Made by a program: the position numbers and the translations under genes. From an uncultured Planctomycetota bacterium (lineage in GTDB: Bacteria > Planctomycetota > Planctomycetia > Isosphaerales > Isosphaeraceae), in NCBI GenBank assembly GCA_963737655.1, contig CAVTTN010000002.1, forward strand, positions 5,600,001-5,664,000: a stretch of DNA of 64,000 bases. The letters are read 5' to 3'. This document shows, piece after piece, positions 9,098 through 19,660 of this stretch. The notes under the pieces were generated by a model. That model saw nothing but the letters and a program-made list of their open reading frames with translations. It searched no databases and was not told where the DNA came from. Numbering within the stretch: the stretch's first letter is position 1; each line of letters starts with the position of its first letter.

Positions 9098-11134
9098 GGA
9101 ACGGACTGAACTGCGGCCAGGCGGAATCCCAGGTCGTTGCCACGGAACGCCGGAGAGATCTTGCTCCGGATCGCCGATCGGCAGTACTTGCCGACGCTGC
9201 TCCAACTGCCGCCTCGGAACACCCGATCCGAGGAGTTGGCGCCGGCGAGCAACGGATCGGTCCCGCCGGGCGTTTTCGCCTCATAGACGTCGCGCGTCCA
9301 CTCCCAGACATTCCCCGCGGTATCCATCAGGCCCCAGGGGTTGGGAGCGTAGCTCCCGGCCTCCAAAGTCTTGTAGAGATTCGGCCCGATGGCCGCGGCG
9401 CCGTAGGGGTGCTCCCCGTCGAAATTCGCCTGGGTGCTGGCGAGTCTGTCTCCGAACGGGGTGGCCGTCATCGTCCCGGCCCGAGCCGCGTATTCCCACT
9501 GCGCCTCGGTCGGCAGCCGGACCTCCCAGCCCTCGGGCAGCAGGCCGGCTTCGCGGAGCTCGCGGGTGAGGGCCGCCGCGCACTCGACGGCGTCGGCGTA
9601 GCTGACCATTTCGACCGGGTGGGTCGGGCCCCGGAATTTGCTGGGGTTCGAGCCCATGAGGTTCAGGTAGAGTTCCTGGGTCATCTCGGTCCGCATGATC
9701 CAGAAGCCCCGGGTGATCTCCACCTCCACCGGCCCCTCGTCCGCGTCCCGCCCCGCTTCCGAGAGCGGCGATCCCATCGTGAACTTGCCGGGCGGGCACC
9801 AGCACAGCGGCACCACGATGCCGCCGAGCTTCACCGTGAGGACCTCGCCGGCCCTGGACCCCGTGAAGAGGATTCGCTGAGGACGCTCTCCCATCTTCGG
9901 TCGGCGACTCGGGGGGCGCCCGTCGGTGGCGAGGTAGGAGACATAGAGGAATGCGCCCAGAATCACGGCGACAACCCCTGCGAGCGTGGAGAGGATCAAG
10001 ACCCGATCGAACGGCGACGACGGGAGCACGACCTTCGGGATGGGGAGGCCCCGGGCGGTCGAGGACTCGGCTGCGATCGTCGCGAGCGGCTCGCCGATCG
10101 CGGCCTCCTTCGGGGGAGGGACCGGCAGAGGAACGGGGCGTCCCCTCCACTCGTCGAGGGACTCCGCGAAGCTCGTCATCGAGGGATATCGGTCGGTTGC
10201 CGCCTTGCTCATCGCCTTGCCGCAAACCGCGACGAGCGCCGGGTCCAGGTCCGGCCGGGCTTCCAGGGCCGATGGGGGCTCCTTCATGAGGACGGACGCG
10301 ATCACCGACAACGGCGGCCCCTCGAACGGCCGGTGGCCGGTCAATAATTCGTAGAGGATCACACCTAACGAGTAAATGTCGGTCGCCGGGCTGATCGCGG
10401 CCCGGTCGCTTCGGACCTGCTCGGGCGACATGTAAAACACCGTGCCGAGCATGGCGTTGCTGGCGGTCAATTCGGCATCTTTCGACCCTTCTCGACGGGC
10501 CAATCCGAAATCCATGATGATCGGCTCGCCCTTGCGATCGATCATGACGTTCGAGGGCTTTAAATCCCGGTGGATGATCCCCTTTTCATGGGCATCGGCC
10601 ATCGCCCGGGCGATTTTCGAGACGAGGCGGGCGGCCTCGCGAGGGTCCATCGGCCGTTCCCGGCGGACGAGCGAGGAGGAGCTCCTTCCCCTCGATGAAG
10701 GCCATCGCCAGGTAGGGACGATCGCCGACCTTTCCGGCCTCGTAGACCGGGCAGAAATGGGGGTGGTGGAAGCTCGCCGCGGCCCTGGCCTCGCGCTTGA
10801 AGCGTTCCAGGATCTCGGATTCGTGAGGCCCCGAGGCCATCGGCACCTTCAGGGCGACGGGGCGGTCGAGGTCGTCGTCGTGGGCGAGGTAGACCGCCCC
10901 CATCCCGCCCTGGCCGAGCTTCTTGAGCACCCGGTACTTGCCGAACGGGTTGGGGATGTCGAGGTCGGCTCGCGAAGGGGAAGGCTCGTCGATGCGAGGC
11001 GAGGAGGCCGAGTCGTCCCCGGCCACGAACGTCCGGCCGCACTTCTTGCAGCGGACGTTCCGGCCGAGGACGGATTCCTCCACCCCATAAGACGCGTCGC
11101 ATGAGGGATTGGCACAGAAGATCTTGACCGGCAT
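9094..11134 (-). CDS. Zn-ribbon + Ser/Thr protein kinase + TM + FGE-sulfatase (SUMF1/CLec) domain protein (frameshift near 10678)
   Basis: N-terminal CxxxxC...CxxC; LGQGGMGAVY, VALK, HRDLKPSN, DFGLAR; TM helix; F.MGS, RLPTEAQWEYAAR, GNVWEW, RGGSW...LGFR. Confidence 0.9.
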
Positions 11135-11250
11135 CGTCGCCTCGGGCCTCGGGGGCGTTTCGGCAGGGAACATTGTCGCGGGCGATCCGGCGGGCCCGCA
11201 AGCGAGAATCGGTTGATCGGGCGGATCGGCCGATCCGCCGATCCCGGGCG

Positions 11251-11500
11251 GCCCCGGTTCGAGAACCGGGGTCGCGCGGCGACGAGAGGCCCTGGCGATT
11301 GCGTCCCGCAGGTGTCCCGGGCCTCTTGCAGCTTCGCCGCCCCGGTTCGAGAACCGGGGGCACCCGGAACTGCCAGGCCCAGAATCCCGAGGGGTGCCCC
11401 CGGTTCTTGAACCGGGGCGGCGAAGCCGCAAGAGGCCGTTCCGGGCCGTCTTGCCCTGCATCCTGCGGCTGCGCCGCCCCGGTTCTTGAACCGGGGCCAC
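11251..11500. repeat. Cluster of four palindromic CCCCGGTTC(GA/TT)GAACCGGGG repeats (REP/BIME-like family D)
   Basis: Units near 11252, 11340, 11398 and 11477; the central two form an extended inverted repeat (about 11320-11365 vs 11392-11437). Confidence 0.85.
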
Positions 11501-11561
11501 CCAAAAACTCCAGGTTCCAGAGCGACACCCGGGCATCACCCCGCCTGTCTCGCCGTCGGGC

Positions 11562-11873
11562 CTACTCGGTGCCGAGGACCTGGCCTTCGGGCGAGACCTC
11601 GACTTCCTGGACCTTGCCGGCCTTGGTCTTGCCCTTGAGCTCGATGGCGTCGTGGCCCTCGTACTTGCCCCGGTAGGCGGCGAAGAACGTGAGGTTGGGC
11701 GCGGCCTTTTTGGCGGCGTCCAGGACCACCGAGGGCACCTGATCCATCGGCAGGGCCGTCTTGATCTCGGCCACGTCGTCCGGGTCGCCGTCGCCGCAGC
11801 CCCCGAGAATTGCGAGGAGGCTTGCCGCCACGAGGGCTCGCGTCTTCACTCGAAAAAATCGATCAATATTCAT
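11562..11873 (-). CDS. Small lipoprotein (PepSY/BLIP-like)
   Basis: Lipobox LGGC; C-terminal [10 protein letters not shown]; start overlaps the stop of the upstream DUF1559 gene. Confidence 0.75.
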   Translation of the reverse strand: MNIDRFFRVKTRALVAASLLAILGGCGDGDPDDVAEIKTALPMDQVPSVVLDAAKKAAPNLTFFAAYRGKYEGHDAIELKGKTKAGKVQEVEVSPEGQVLGTE

Positions 11874-12791
11874 CGGGGACCGCCTCGCCTCCGCTTCGGG
11901 TGGACAGGGCTTTATAAACGCCGTAATTCATGGACGATTTGAGGAACGCGACGTGGCCGTCGGCGAAGAGGAAATCGGCGCCTCGGCCGGCGTGGAGGCT
12001 GTAGAACTGGTTCGGCTCGGAGCGATTGGCGCCGGGGCCGGCGCCCTCGCCGGTGTGGCCGAGGACCATGCCCGGGGCGGTCTCGACGGTGGCCGTGCCG
12101 ACGGTGTCGCCGTCGCCGTCGTAGAGCAAGGCCCCGGTGACGGCCCCGGGCCACGTGGCCGGGCCGAGGAAGTGCGAGCGCTCGCCGACGGCGATCGTGT
12201 GGGAGAGGCCGTCGGTGATGTCGCGGAAGGCGATCCGGCTGCCCCGGAACAGGACGCCCTCGCCGTCCGGTCCCGGCTCGGTGATCCCGCTCACGCCGAC
12301 GTAGTTCGACGGCGCGACCCGGCAGATCTCCCGGGTCGGCGCGCCGGTCACGTAGTCTCTCGCCACGGCGGGCCACGACGGCTCGTACCGATCCGACGGG
12401 CAGAGGAAGCCGCCGATCAGGGCCAGTCGGGCCGTCGAATTGGCGGGCAGCTCGATGCCGATCGAGAAATTCGCGGCCGAGAACGTGTTGGCCTGTTCCA
12501 TCTGAGGGAGGATCATCGCGGCCCATCCCCAGCCGGGCCCGGTCTCGTTCCCCTGGGCGTCCACCGCCGAGAGATACCCCGAGGGCAGGCTGATGTGAAC
12601 GCCTTCATAGTTGTGGAAGGCCAGGCCGATCTGCTTCAGGTTGTTGACGCACTGGGCCCGGCGGGCGGCCTCTCTCGCGGCCTGGACGGCGGGCAGCAGC
12701 AGGGCGATCAGGACGCCGATGATCGAGATCACCACGAGCAGCTCGATCAGGGTGAAGGCGCGGGGGCGCCCGGGGGTCGGGACGCGCGCAT
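11863..12791 (-). CDS. DUF1559 prepilin-type (PulG-like) protein; probable frameshift just after the start
   Basis: [37 protein letters not shown]-terminal [11 protein letters not shown]. The RBS-preceded ATG at 12791 is out of frame with the main ORF. Confidence 0.9.
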
Positions 12792-12866
12792 GAGGGGCCT
12801 CTCCGGTTCGGGAAATCGGGGCGGATCGAGGGACGGGACGACGCGATCGGTCTCGTCGCGCTCGAA

Positions 12867-13211
12867 TCAGCACCGGAACCGGAGCAGGACGGCGAATCGC
12901 CGAGGGGGACGGGCGGACCTCGGCACGGTCGGGCCGTCGGTGGACTCCGGCGAGAGGCCGAGGCCGGGGGGATCGGGGGCGAGGAAGAGGACCGGCCCGA
13001 GGAGTTCTCCGGAGGAGTCCGGGGCCTGGGCGACGTCCCCCCGGATCGTGGCGCCGGAGTCGTCGCCCACTCCGCCGTCGATGACCTCGATCTCGGAATC
13101 GCCGGCGACCTCGGCCAGGGCGCGGGCGAGGTCGTCGGCCGCCTCCGCGATGCGGAGAGGCGTCCCGGCCAGGGCGGCGAGCATCGCGAGAAGGAACCAG
13201 GGACGGCCCAC
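12867..13211 (-). CDS. Small hypothetical protein upstream of the DUF1559 gene (start uncertain)
   Basis: Hydrophobic N-terminus, acidic middle, basic C-terminus [11 protein letters not shown]; co-oriented with the DUF1559 gene. Confidence 0.45.
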   Translation of the reverse strand: MGRPWFLLAMLAALAGTPLRIAEAADDLARALAEVAGDSEIEVIDGGVGDDSGATIRGDVAQAPDSSGELLGPVLFLAPDPPGLGLSPESTDGPTVPRSARPPRRFAVLLRFRC

Positions 13212-13305
13212 GGCGAATCCTCCCAAGGGGCCCGACTCTACGGGACGGCCGGATCGGAGGTCAAGGCCGGGGGCGAGGGCGCGATCGAGCCGGGACGCGG
13301 GCCGA

Positions 13306-14358
13306 TCAGGGACGCGGAGGGAGGCCTCTCGGGCCGCCGGCCACTCGCTTCGGGAACTCCTCGTTGCGGAACCAGAGCCGGACCACGCCTCGAGAGGCAT
13401 CGAAGCTCTTCACGCGGGCGGGCGAGGCGAGCGAGCCGGCGACCATCGCGCCCACGACCGGGGCGAGGATGGCCCCGACGCCGACGATCGGCCAGAAGAG
13501 GATCTCGTCGAGCTTCGAGGCGAGGAGGACGGGGAGGCCGACGGCCGCCGCCGCCCCGAGCGCGACCAGGGCCCCCAGCCACTTCCGGCCCGTCCAGAGA
13601 CGGGCGCAGGGGCGACAGAGGGGGACGGCCAGGTTGAGGGCCGGGCCGAGCGGGATCCGGTAGGAGGCCCTCGGGTCGCCGGGGGCGAGGCATCGGCAAC
13701 ACGTCGCGGGCAAGTCGCTCCGGCCGACCTGGAACTCCAGCCAGGCCCCCGGACCGTCGCCCGCCCCGACGACGGATGAGGCGCGCCGGACCTCCCCGGT
13801 CGTCCGGTCGCGGACCAGGGCCTCGGGGCTCCCGGGAGGGAGCTTCGGCGGGAGCGGATGGTCCCGGTTGGGCCGGATCCGGGCCCGGAGGACGCGACGC
13901 AGGACGAGGATCGAAGCCGCGACGGCGATCGACCCCGCCGGGCCTCCCGCCAGGACCAGGGGCAGCGCCCCGCGATCCGCCGGGGCCCCGATCCGGAGGA
14001 ACCAGGCCACGATCAGCGAGCCGGCCGTGCCGACGATCCCCAACCACGCCGCGGCCCGGCCCCAGCCCCGGAATCGGCCCAGGCGATGGCCGGCGATCAG
14101 GTCATCATTGATCCAGAGGCATCCCGGGCAGGGGACGAGCTCGGCCTCCTCCGCCAGGCGACGGAGCAGCTCCCGACGGCTCGCCTCCGAGGCCGAGCTC
14201 GCCGCGCCCGCCCCGCCGATGGCGAATGGCGCGCTCGCCGACCCGGCCCCGACCCGGGCCAGCTCGTACAGGTACTCGCACCCGCACCGGTCGCAGGTCA
14301 CCTCGACGAGCCGCGACCCGATCGACGAGGAATAATATTTTCGTTCATAATAAAACAT
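13306..14358 (-). CDS. Hypothetical membrane protein with several CxxC zinc-knuckle pairs
   Basis: CDRC, CPGC, CCRC and CRPC motifs; four hydrophobic segments. Confidence 0.7.
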   Translation of the reverse strand: MFYYERKYYSSSIGSRLVEVTCDRCGCEYLYELARVGAGSASAPFAIGGAGAASSASEASRRELLRRLAEEAELVPCPGCLWINDDLIAGHRLGRFRGWGRAAAWLGIVGTAGSLIVAWFLRIGAPADRGALPLVLAGGPAGSIAVAASILVLRRVLRARIRPNRDHPLPPKLPPGSPEALVRDRTTGEVRRASSVVGAGDGPGAWLEFQVGRSDLPATCCRCLAPGDPRASYRIPLGPALNLAVPLCRPCARLWTGRKWLGALVALGAAAAVGLPVLLASKLDEILFWPIVGVGAILAPVVGAMVAGSLASPARVKSFDASRGVVRLWFRNEEFPKRVAGGPRGLPPRP

Positions 14359-14541
14359 AATCTTACATCTCCGGATCGCGCGGCCCCGCCGCGAGTCCCG
14401 GCCCGATGGTATCGAGGATCGGCGGCCGCCGCCACGGGCGGGGCCGGCCCGGCGGGGCGGAGCTTCCCTCGCCCCCTAGAATTCGCGGGGATCGGACGCC
14501 CGGGAGGAGAGGTGGCCGGTCCGCCCTTCAGGAGGTCCCTC

Positions 14542-16203
14542 ATGGATCGCAAGGCATCGGACGAATCCCCCGTCCTGATCGTGGGCGCGGGCCCGACGGG
14601 CCTGGCCCTGGCGTGCGAGCTGGCCCGTCGGGGCGTGGCGTGCCGGGTGGTGGATCAGAACGACGGCCCCACGCCGATGAACGAGTCGCGGGCGATGGGC
14701 ATCCAGGGCCGGACCATGGAATGTTTCCATCGGATGGGGATCGCCGACGAGGTGCTCGCCCAAGCGAGGCGGGTGCATGGCCTCTCGGGCTTCTCCGACG
14801 GCACGAGGATCGTCCACCTGACGTTCGACTTCGAGGGCCTCGAAACGAGATATCCCTTCTTGTTGGTCCTCCCGCAGTCGGCCACCGAGAGGCTCCTCCT
14901 GGCGAGGTTCGAGGCGCTGGGCGGGTCGGTCGAGCGGGGCGAGGAGGTGGTCTCGATCGCGCCGGACGCCCGGGGCGTGACGGCCAGGTTCGCCGAGGGC
15001 AGGGAGGCCCGCGCCTCGTGGCTCGTCGGCTGCGACGGCTCGCGGAGCGTCGTCCGCAAGTCGTTGGGGCTGGGGTTCGAGGGGGGGGAATATGAAGAGA
15101 GGTTCCTGATCGCCGACGTGAAGCTGGACTGGGGGTTCCCGGTCCCCGACGACGAGATGGTGTTCCTGCTCTCGCCGGACGGGCCGATCGTCGGCTTCCC
15201 GTTCCCCGAGGCCGGCAAATGGCGGCTGGTGGACACCTCGGGCAAGGTCGAGGCCGACGGCGACGACGCGATCGTCGCGAGGTTCCGCGACGTCGTGACC
15301 CGGTACGGATCGGCCTCGGCGACCGTGAAGGATCCCTCCTGGACGTCCTCGTTCCACATCCACCGGAGGGTCGTCGATCGGTATCGGTCGGGCCGGGCGT
15401 TCGTGGCGGGGGACGCGGCCCACCTGCACAGCCCGGCGGGCGGCCAGGGGATGAATACGGGCATCCAGGACGGCGTGAACCTCGCGTGGAAGCTCGCGAT
15501 GGTGATCCGCGGGCAGGCGCCGGAATCCCTCCTGGATTCGTACCAGGCCGAGAGGAGGCCGGTGGCGAGGGAGGTGCTCCACGGGACGGACCTCGCCACC
15601 CGGGCCGTCACGCTGAGGAACCCGGTGGCCAAGGAGGTCCGCAACACGCTGATGGGCGTCCTGGCCGAGTTCGACTTCGTTCGAAGAAGGGCCGCGAGGA
15701 CGCTCTCCGAGCTGGCGATCGGCTACCCGGACAGCCCGATCGTGGGCGAGGACCACGCCGGCTACCTCCGCGCCCTGACCAGCCTCGGCAAAGGCCCCGG
15801 CCTGACGGACCTCCTGGAATTCCGCCACGGCCCCCGGCCCGGAGACCGCGTCCCCGACGTGCTCTTGAGCGACGATCCGGACGACACGTCCCCAAGGCTC
15901 TCCGACACCTTCCACCCGACCGGCTCCACGCTCCTCCTGCTCAAAGGGACCGACCACCCCGCCTCCGACGCCGCCCTCTCGGCCGTGGGAGAGGTCGCCA
16001 ACGAGCAAGGGGCCGACCTCATGAAGACGGTCCGCATCCCCGGAGACCTCGCCGACGCCTCGAACGCAATCCGCCACCGCTTCGGGGCCAAATCGGCCTG
16101 CGTCTACCTCGTCCGGCCCGACGGCTACATCGGCTACCGAGCCCTGCCGCCGGACGCGGAGGAGTTTCGGGCCCATCTCGATCGGGTGTTCGGGCCGGGA
16201 TGA
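14542..16203 (+). CDS. FAD-dependent monooxygenase (PheA/TfdB/rifampin monooxygenase-like)
   Basis: GAGPTG, GCDG..S.VRK, GDAAH.HSP.GGQGMNTGIQD; C-terminal LVRPDGY; RBS GGAGG. Confidence 0.92.
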   Translation: MDRKASDESPVLIVGAGPTGLALACELARRGVACRVVDQNDGPTPMNESRAMGIQGRTMECFHRMGIADEVLAQARRVHGLSGFSDGTRIVHLTFDFEGLETRYPFLLVLPQSATERLLLARFEALGGSVERGEEVVSIAPDARGVTARFAEGREARASWLVGCDGSRSVVRKSLGLGFEGGEYEERFLIADVKLDWGFPVPDDEMVFLLSPDGPIVGFPFPEAGKWRLVDTSGKVEADGDDAIVARFRDVVTRYGSASATVKDPSWTSSFHIHRRVVDRYRSGRAFVAGDAAHLHSPAGGQGMNTGIQDGVNLAWKLAMVIRGQAPESLLDSYQAERRPVAREVLHGTDLATRAVTLRNPVAKEVRNTLMGVLAEFDFVRRRAARTLSELAIGYPDSPIVGEDHAGYLRALTSLGKGPGLTDLLEFRHGPRPGDRVPDVLLSDDPDDTSPRLSDTFHPTGSTLLLLKGTDHPASDAALSAVGEVANEQGADLMKTVRIPGDLADASNAIRHRFGAKSACVYLVRPDGYIGYRALPPDAEEFRAHLDRVFGPG

Positions 16204-16211
16204 GCGTCGGC

Positions 16212-17290
16212 TCACCAGCGGTCGCCGTCGAGCACCTCGCCGCCGTCTCGGGTGGCGAGGCCCTGCCAGACCCCGGCCCGGGGGAGCCTCTCCCACCAGC
16301 CTCCGGGATTGCGGACGGCCCCGAGGGGGGTGCCGGTCAGCGGGTCGAACGGCCAGGAGTCGATGGTGTCCGTCACGAACCGGACCGAGCCGTCGCCGAA
16401 CAGGGCTTGACCCCTCCGGGGTGGTTGCTGGAGGCGGCGGAGTAGTGGTTGTTGCCCCCGCCGAAGCCCACCTTGTCGATCATGTTCGGCGGATACATGG
16501 CGGTCATGAGGGTGTCGCCCCAGTTGCCGGTGATCCACCAGCCCCTGCGGAGCGACATCGACGGGTCGAGGGCGTCCAGGGCGCGGAGGGCCGAGAGGCT
16601 CTTCTCGGTGACGAACAGGGTGGTTCCCAGGCCGTCGCGGATCGCCGCCAGGGGGATCGGGGCGAGGTCGTGGAACGCGCCGTCGGCCTGCGCGGCGAGG
16701 GCCGGCGGGACGGCGCAGCCGTTGGACGCCCGGGGGATGGCGTTGACCTGGAAGGCCCCATAGCAGGCCGAATAGCTGGTGAAGCCCATCGGGAACCGCT
16801 CGTCGGGACCGGCCAGGCCCAGGGGGGCGAGGTCCGCCCCGGTGGCGTCGCGGACTCGGCCGGCGTCCGGGTCGCTCGGGCAGGCGAAGGCGCCGACGGA
16901 GGCGGGGAACGCCGTCCGGTTCTCGTAGCCGAATATGGTCAAGTCCTGATTGATGGCGTTATACAGGGCCGTCTGTTCCATCATCGGCAGGATCATGACC
17001 AGGACGCCCTTATCCACCACGGGGGACGTGCAAGGCGGGTTCGGCCCGGCGAACCGGCGGTCATAGGTGAGCATCCGCCCCGGGGGCAGGCAGCCCTGGG
17101 CGCCCTCGTAATGGTGCAAGGCCAGGCCGATCTGCTTCAGGTTGTTCCCGCACTGGAGCCGCCGGGCGGCCTCGCGGGCGGACTGGACGGCGGGGAGGAT
17201 CAGGCCGATCAATACGCCGATCAAGGATATAACAACTAGGGTTTCGACCAACGTCATCCCAGCCCTGCATCCGCGCGGCATCGAGAGCAT
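16212..17290 (-). CDS. DUF1559 prepilin-type protein (frameshift near 16410)
   Basis: [36 protein letters not shown], then [10 protein letters not shown] in a shifted frame. Confidence 0.88.
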
Positions 17291-17722
17291 GGCTCAGGGC
17301 CTCCGCGTTCGGATCGTGACGAGCAGTTCGGGATGATCCGGGTCGTCCGTAGTCACCCGAAGGGGGAAGTCCGCCCCCGGCGACCTCGCGGTGAACCGGA
17401 TGGCGATCGATCGCGTGGCACTCGGGGGAACCGCGACCGGCAGGCCGAGCGTCCTGGAACATCCCTTCTCCTCGTCGCACCGATCGTCTGCGGCGATTAT
17501 GGTGACGTATTTTGATGTGGTCTTGTGAACGAGGACATCCAGGCCGGATTCCTCGCCAGGAGAGGCGGCGAGGACCGGGCTCGGGTCGTCCGCCCAGACC
17601 CGCCCTGAGCTGGCGGACCACGCGCCGACGAAAGCTACGCGCGGCGAGGACCAATCCGCCGACGCTGGCGGCCTTGAGGAATCGGACCGTGCCCACGGCC
17701 CCCCAGACGCACGTCAGTGGAT

Positions 17723-18709
17723 TCATCCATCCCCCAGCGAATGGTCGGAAGGCCGTCGCGCCCGCCTCGCCTTCAAAGCCAGGATCGACGACCCGACCAA
17801 ACAGAGCACGCCCACGCTCACGAGGACGTATTGGATGGAGCCCCGAGACCGAGCCGGAGTCGCCGGCTCGGGGAGGCCATAATACGGCAATCGGAATTCC
17901 TCCGGCGAAACCCGTCCGCGACCGACCTGGATCTCGCAACGGATCTGCTTGTGGAACAAGCCCGCCGAGGGCTCTGTAAACTTTACATCCGTGACATAAC
18001 GCCTTGGGATCGGGAAGCCATCGAGATCTTCGCCGTACTCGACGCGGCCCGAGGCGGTGGCAGGCCGGTGGAGAAGCAACTGGACGTCGTACGAGACGAC
18101 GCACCAGCGACGCCCGGGGTCAAGCACGAGCCGACCTCCCCGGATCAAATAATTGCTCCGGGGCGATTCCTTCGCCGTGAAATCGAGTCGCACGAGCTGG
18201 CGATCCCCATCCCGGAAGGACTCGATCCCTTCCACCCGGAAGCCGGGCCGCGCCGCGGCTAAGCCCAGATCCTGCGCTTCCACGGAGATCGGGCTGAAGA
18301 ATGGATAGGCCATCTCCTCCACTTTGCCACGCATCCGCGCAATGTCCCTGGTGATCGCGGCGACGGCCCAAGATCGCCCCTGCCCTGACGTCGTGATGCG
18401 GAACGCATACTCGGCATTTCCGGCCCGCAAGGTCGCGCCCGCGCCTGGCCCTCGGCTTGAACGATCTGATGCAAGAAACGATCACCATCCCCTTTGAATT
18501 CCTGCGCGCGACCGGGACGATAAGCAGCCGCTATAGCCCGCGATCGGGACGACCTCCACGACGCATGATCCCTCCAGGCCGAACAGGAATTCGCGGGATT
18601 CGCGCCAGCCAACCGGGGCCTCAGAGCGAAAGCGCTCCAAGAGCGGCTCATCGACGGCCGCTGAGGCCCGCTCGGAGACTGCGAGGAGGAGGACCACGAA
18701 CATCCGCAT
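17723..18709 (-). CDS. Hypothetical exported protein with C-terminal TM anchor (frameshifted around 18430-18500)
   Basis: Signal-like MRMFVVLLLAVS in one frame; beta-rich body and YVLVSVGVLCLVGSSILAL-KARRARR tail in another. Confidence 0.55.
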
Positions 18710-18845
18710 TGCAAGACTTTTTGCGCGTATATACATATGAACAATAAGCACCTCGACTCCTCGATTGAAGGCCCGACACGGTGGCACGACCGGAAGATCG
18801 AAAGACGCGGCCCAGGCCCCTCGTTGGCCTGGGACCGCCCGCGAA

Positions 18846-19067
18846 TCACAATTCGTCGTTGCACTGGCAGAAGTCTTGCGAGCAGTTGGCGGGGATGGAG
18901 CAGGTGCCCTTGGTGCAGCCGTTCGTCGGGTCTGTCTTGCAATCATTGGTCGTGGGGGGCGGCACAGGGTCGGCGAGCGAGTCCGCCTGTGGGACTCCGA
19001 GTAGCAGGATTCCGAGCCCCGCACCCATGAGAGTAGGTGAGCCGAGGGCGCAGATCCGACTGAGCAT
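18846..19067 (-). CDS. Small secreted Cys-rich peptide
   Basis: Strong RBS (AGGAGAGGAG); hydrophobic leader; mature part C-x7-C-x4-C-x5-C-x4-C-x-C. Confidence 0.65.
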   Translation of the reverse strand: MLSRICALGSPTLMGAGLGILLLGVPQADSLADPVPPPTTNDCKTDPTNGCTKGTCSIPANCSQDFCQCNDEL

Positions 19068-19177
19068 CTCTTCCACTCCTCTCCTGAACCACCCGGATGA
19101 TCGGAGCCGGCCCCCACGGGCCGGCTCCCCTCGAGCGAGGTCTCAATCTGGCGAGCGGTGCGTGATGCGAAGCGCGA

Positions 19178-19660
19178 TCACGAATTGGACGCGGCGTGTT
19201 CGTCCCGATCGCCCGCGACGACAACTCGGCCCGTGACACGAAGCGCGATCACTGATTGGACCGCCGAATCAGTGCACAAACGAATTGACTGGGCCACGCG
19301 ATCGTTCTCGGTCCGTGGTCGTATTGCAATAGACACCTCACGAACCGCCCCGGGCTCAATCCTCAGGGGAAAGCCACCTAGCGAGGTACAAGAACATGAC
19401 GTAGTCCCACCGACGATCGTTATGGCTTCACTCCCGAGGTTCCGAATCGTGAAGGCTGCATGCCTGGTCTGTCCCTTGGGGCAATCTCCCAGATCGATGG
19501 AACCAGGCTTGACCAAGAGGCGGTCCCCACGAATATAGGCGATGGCTGCATCCGGCGGACCGATGAGGAGATACCCCAAACCGATACCGAGAAGAGCCGC
19601 TACCGCGACCCCAAGGAGGCCATCTCTGATCCAGGCAAGAGCTTTCCGTCGAAATTTCAC
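19178..19660 (-). CDS. DUF1573 (Ig-like) domain protein
   Basis: TM segment, then F.IRN.G...I.I....SCSCT.....I.PG. Confidence 0.75.
   Translation of the reverse strand: MKFRRKALAWIRDGLLGVAVAALLGIGLGYLLIGPPDAAIAYIRGDRLLVKPGSIDLGDCPKGQTRHAAFTIRNLGSEAITIVGGTTSCSCTSLGGFPLRIEPGAVREVSIAIRPRTENDRVAQSIRLCTDSAVQSVIALRVTGRVVVAGDRDEHAASNS

Noticed and set aside
10660..10690. Programmed frameshift in the kinase gene (and others)
   Set aside because: No canonical slippery heptamer, and similar breaks occur throughout the window.
8206..11500. REP clusters as CRISPR arrays
   Set aside because: Units are inverted, irregularly spaced and dispersed; no cas genes seen.
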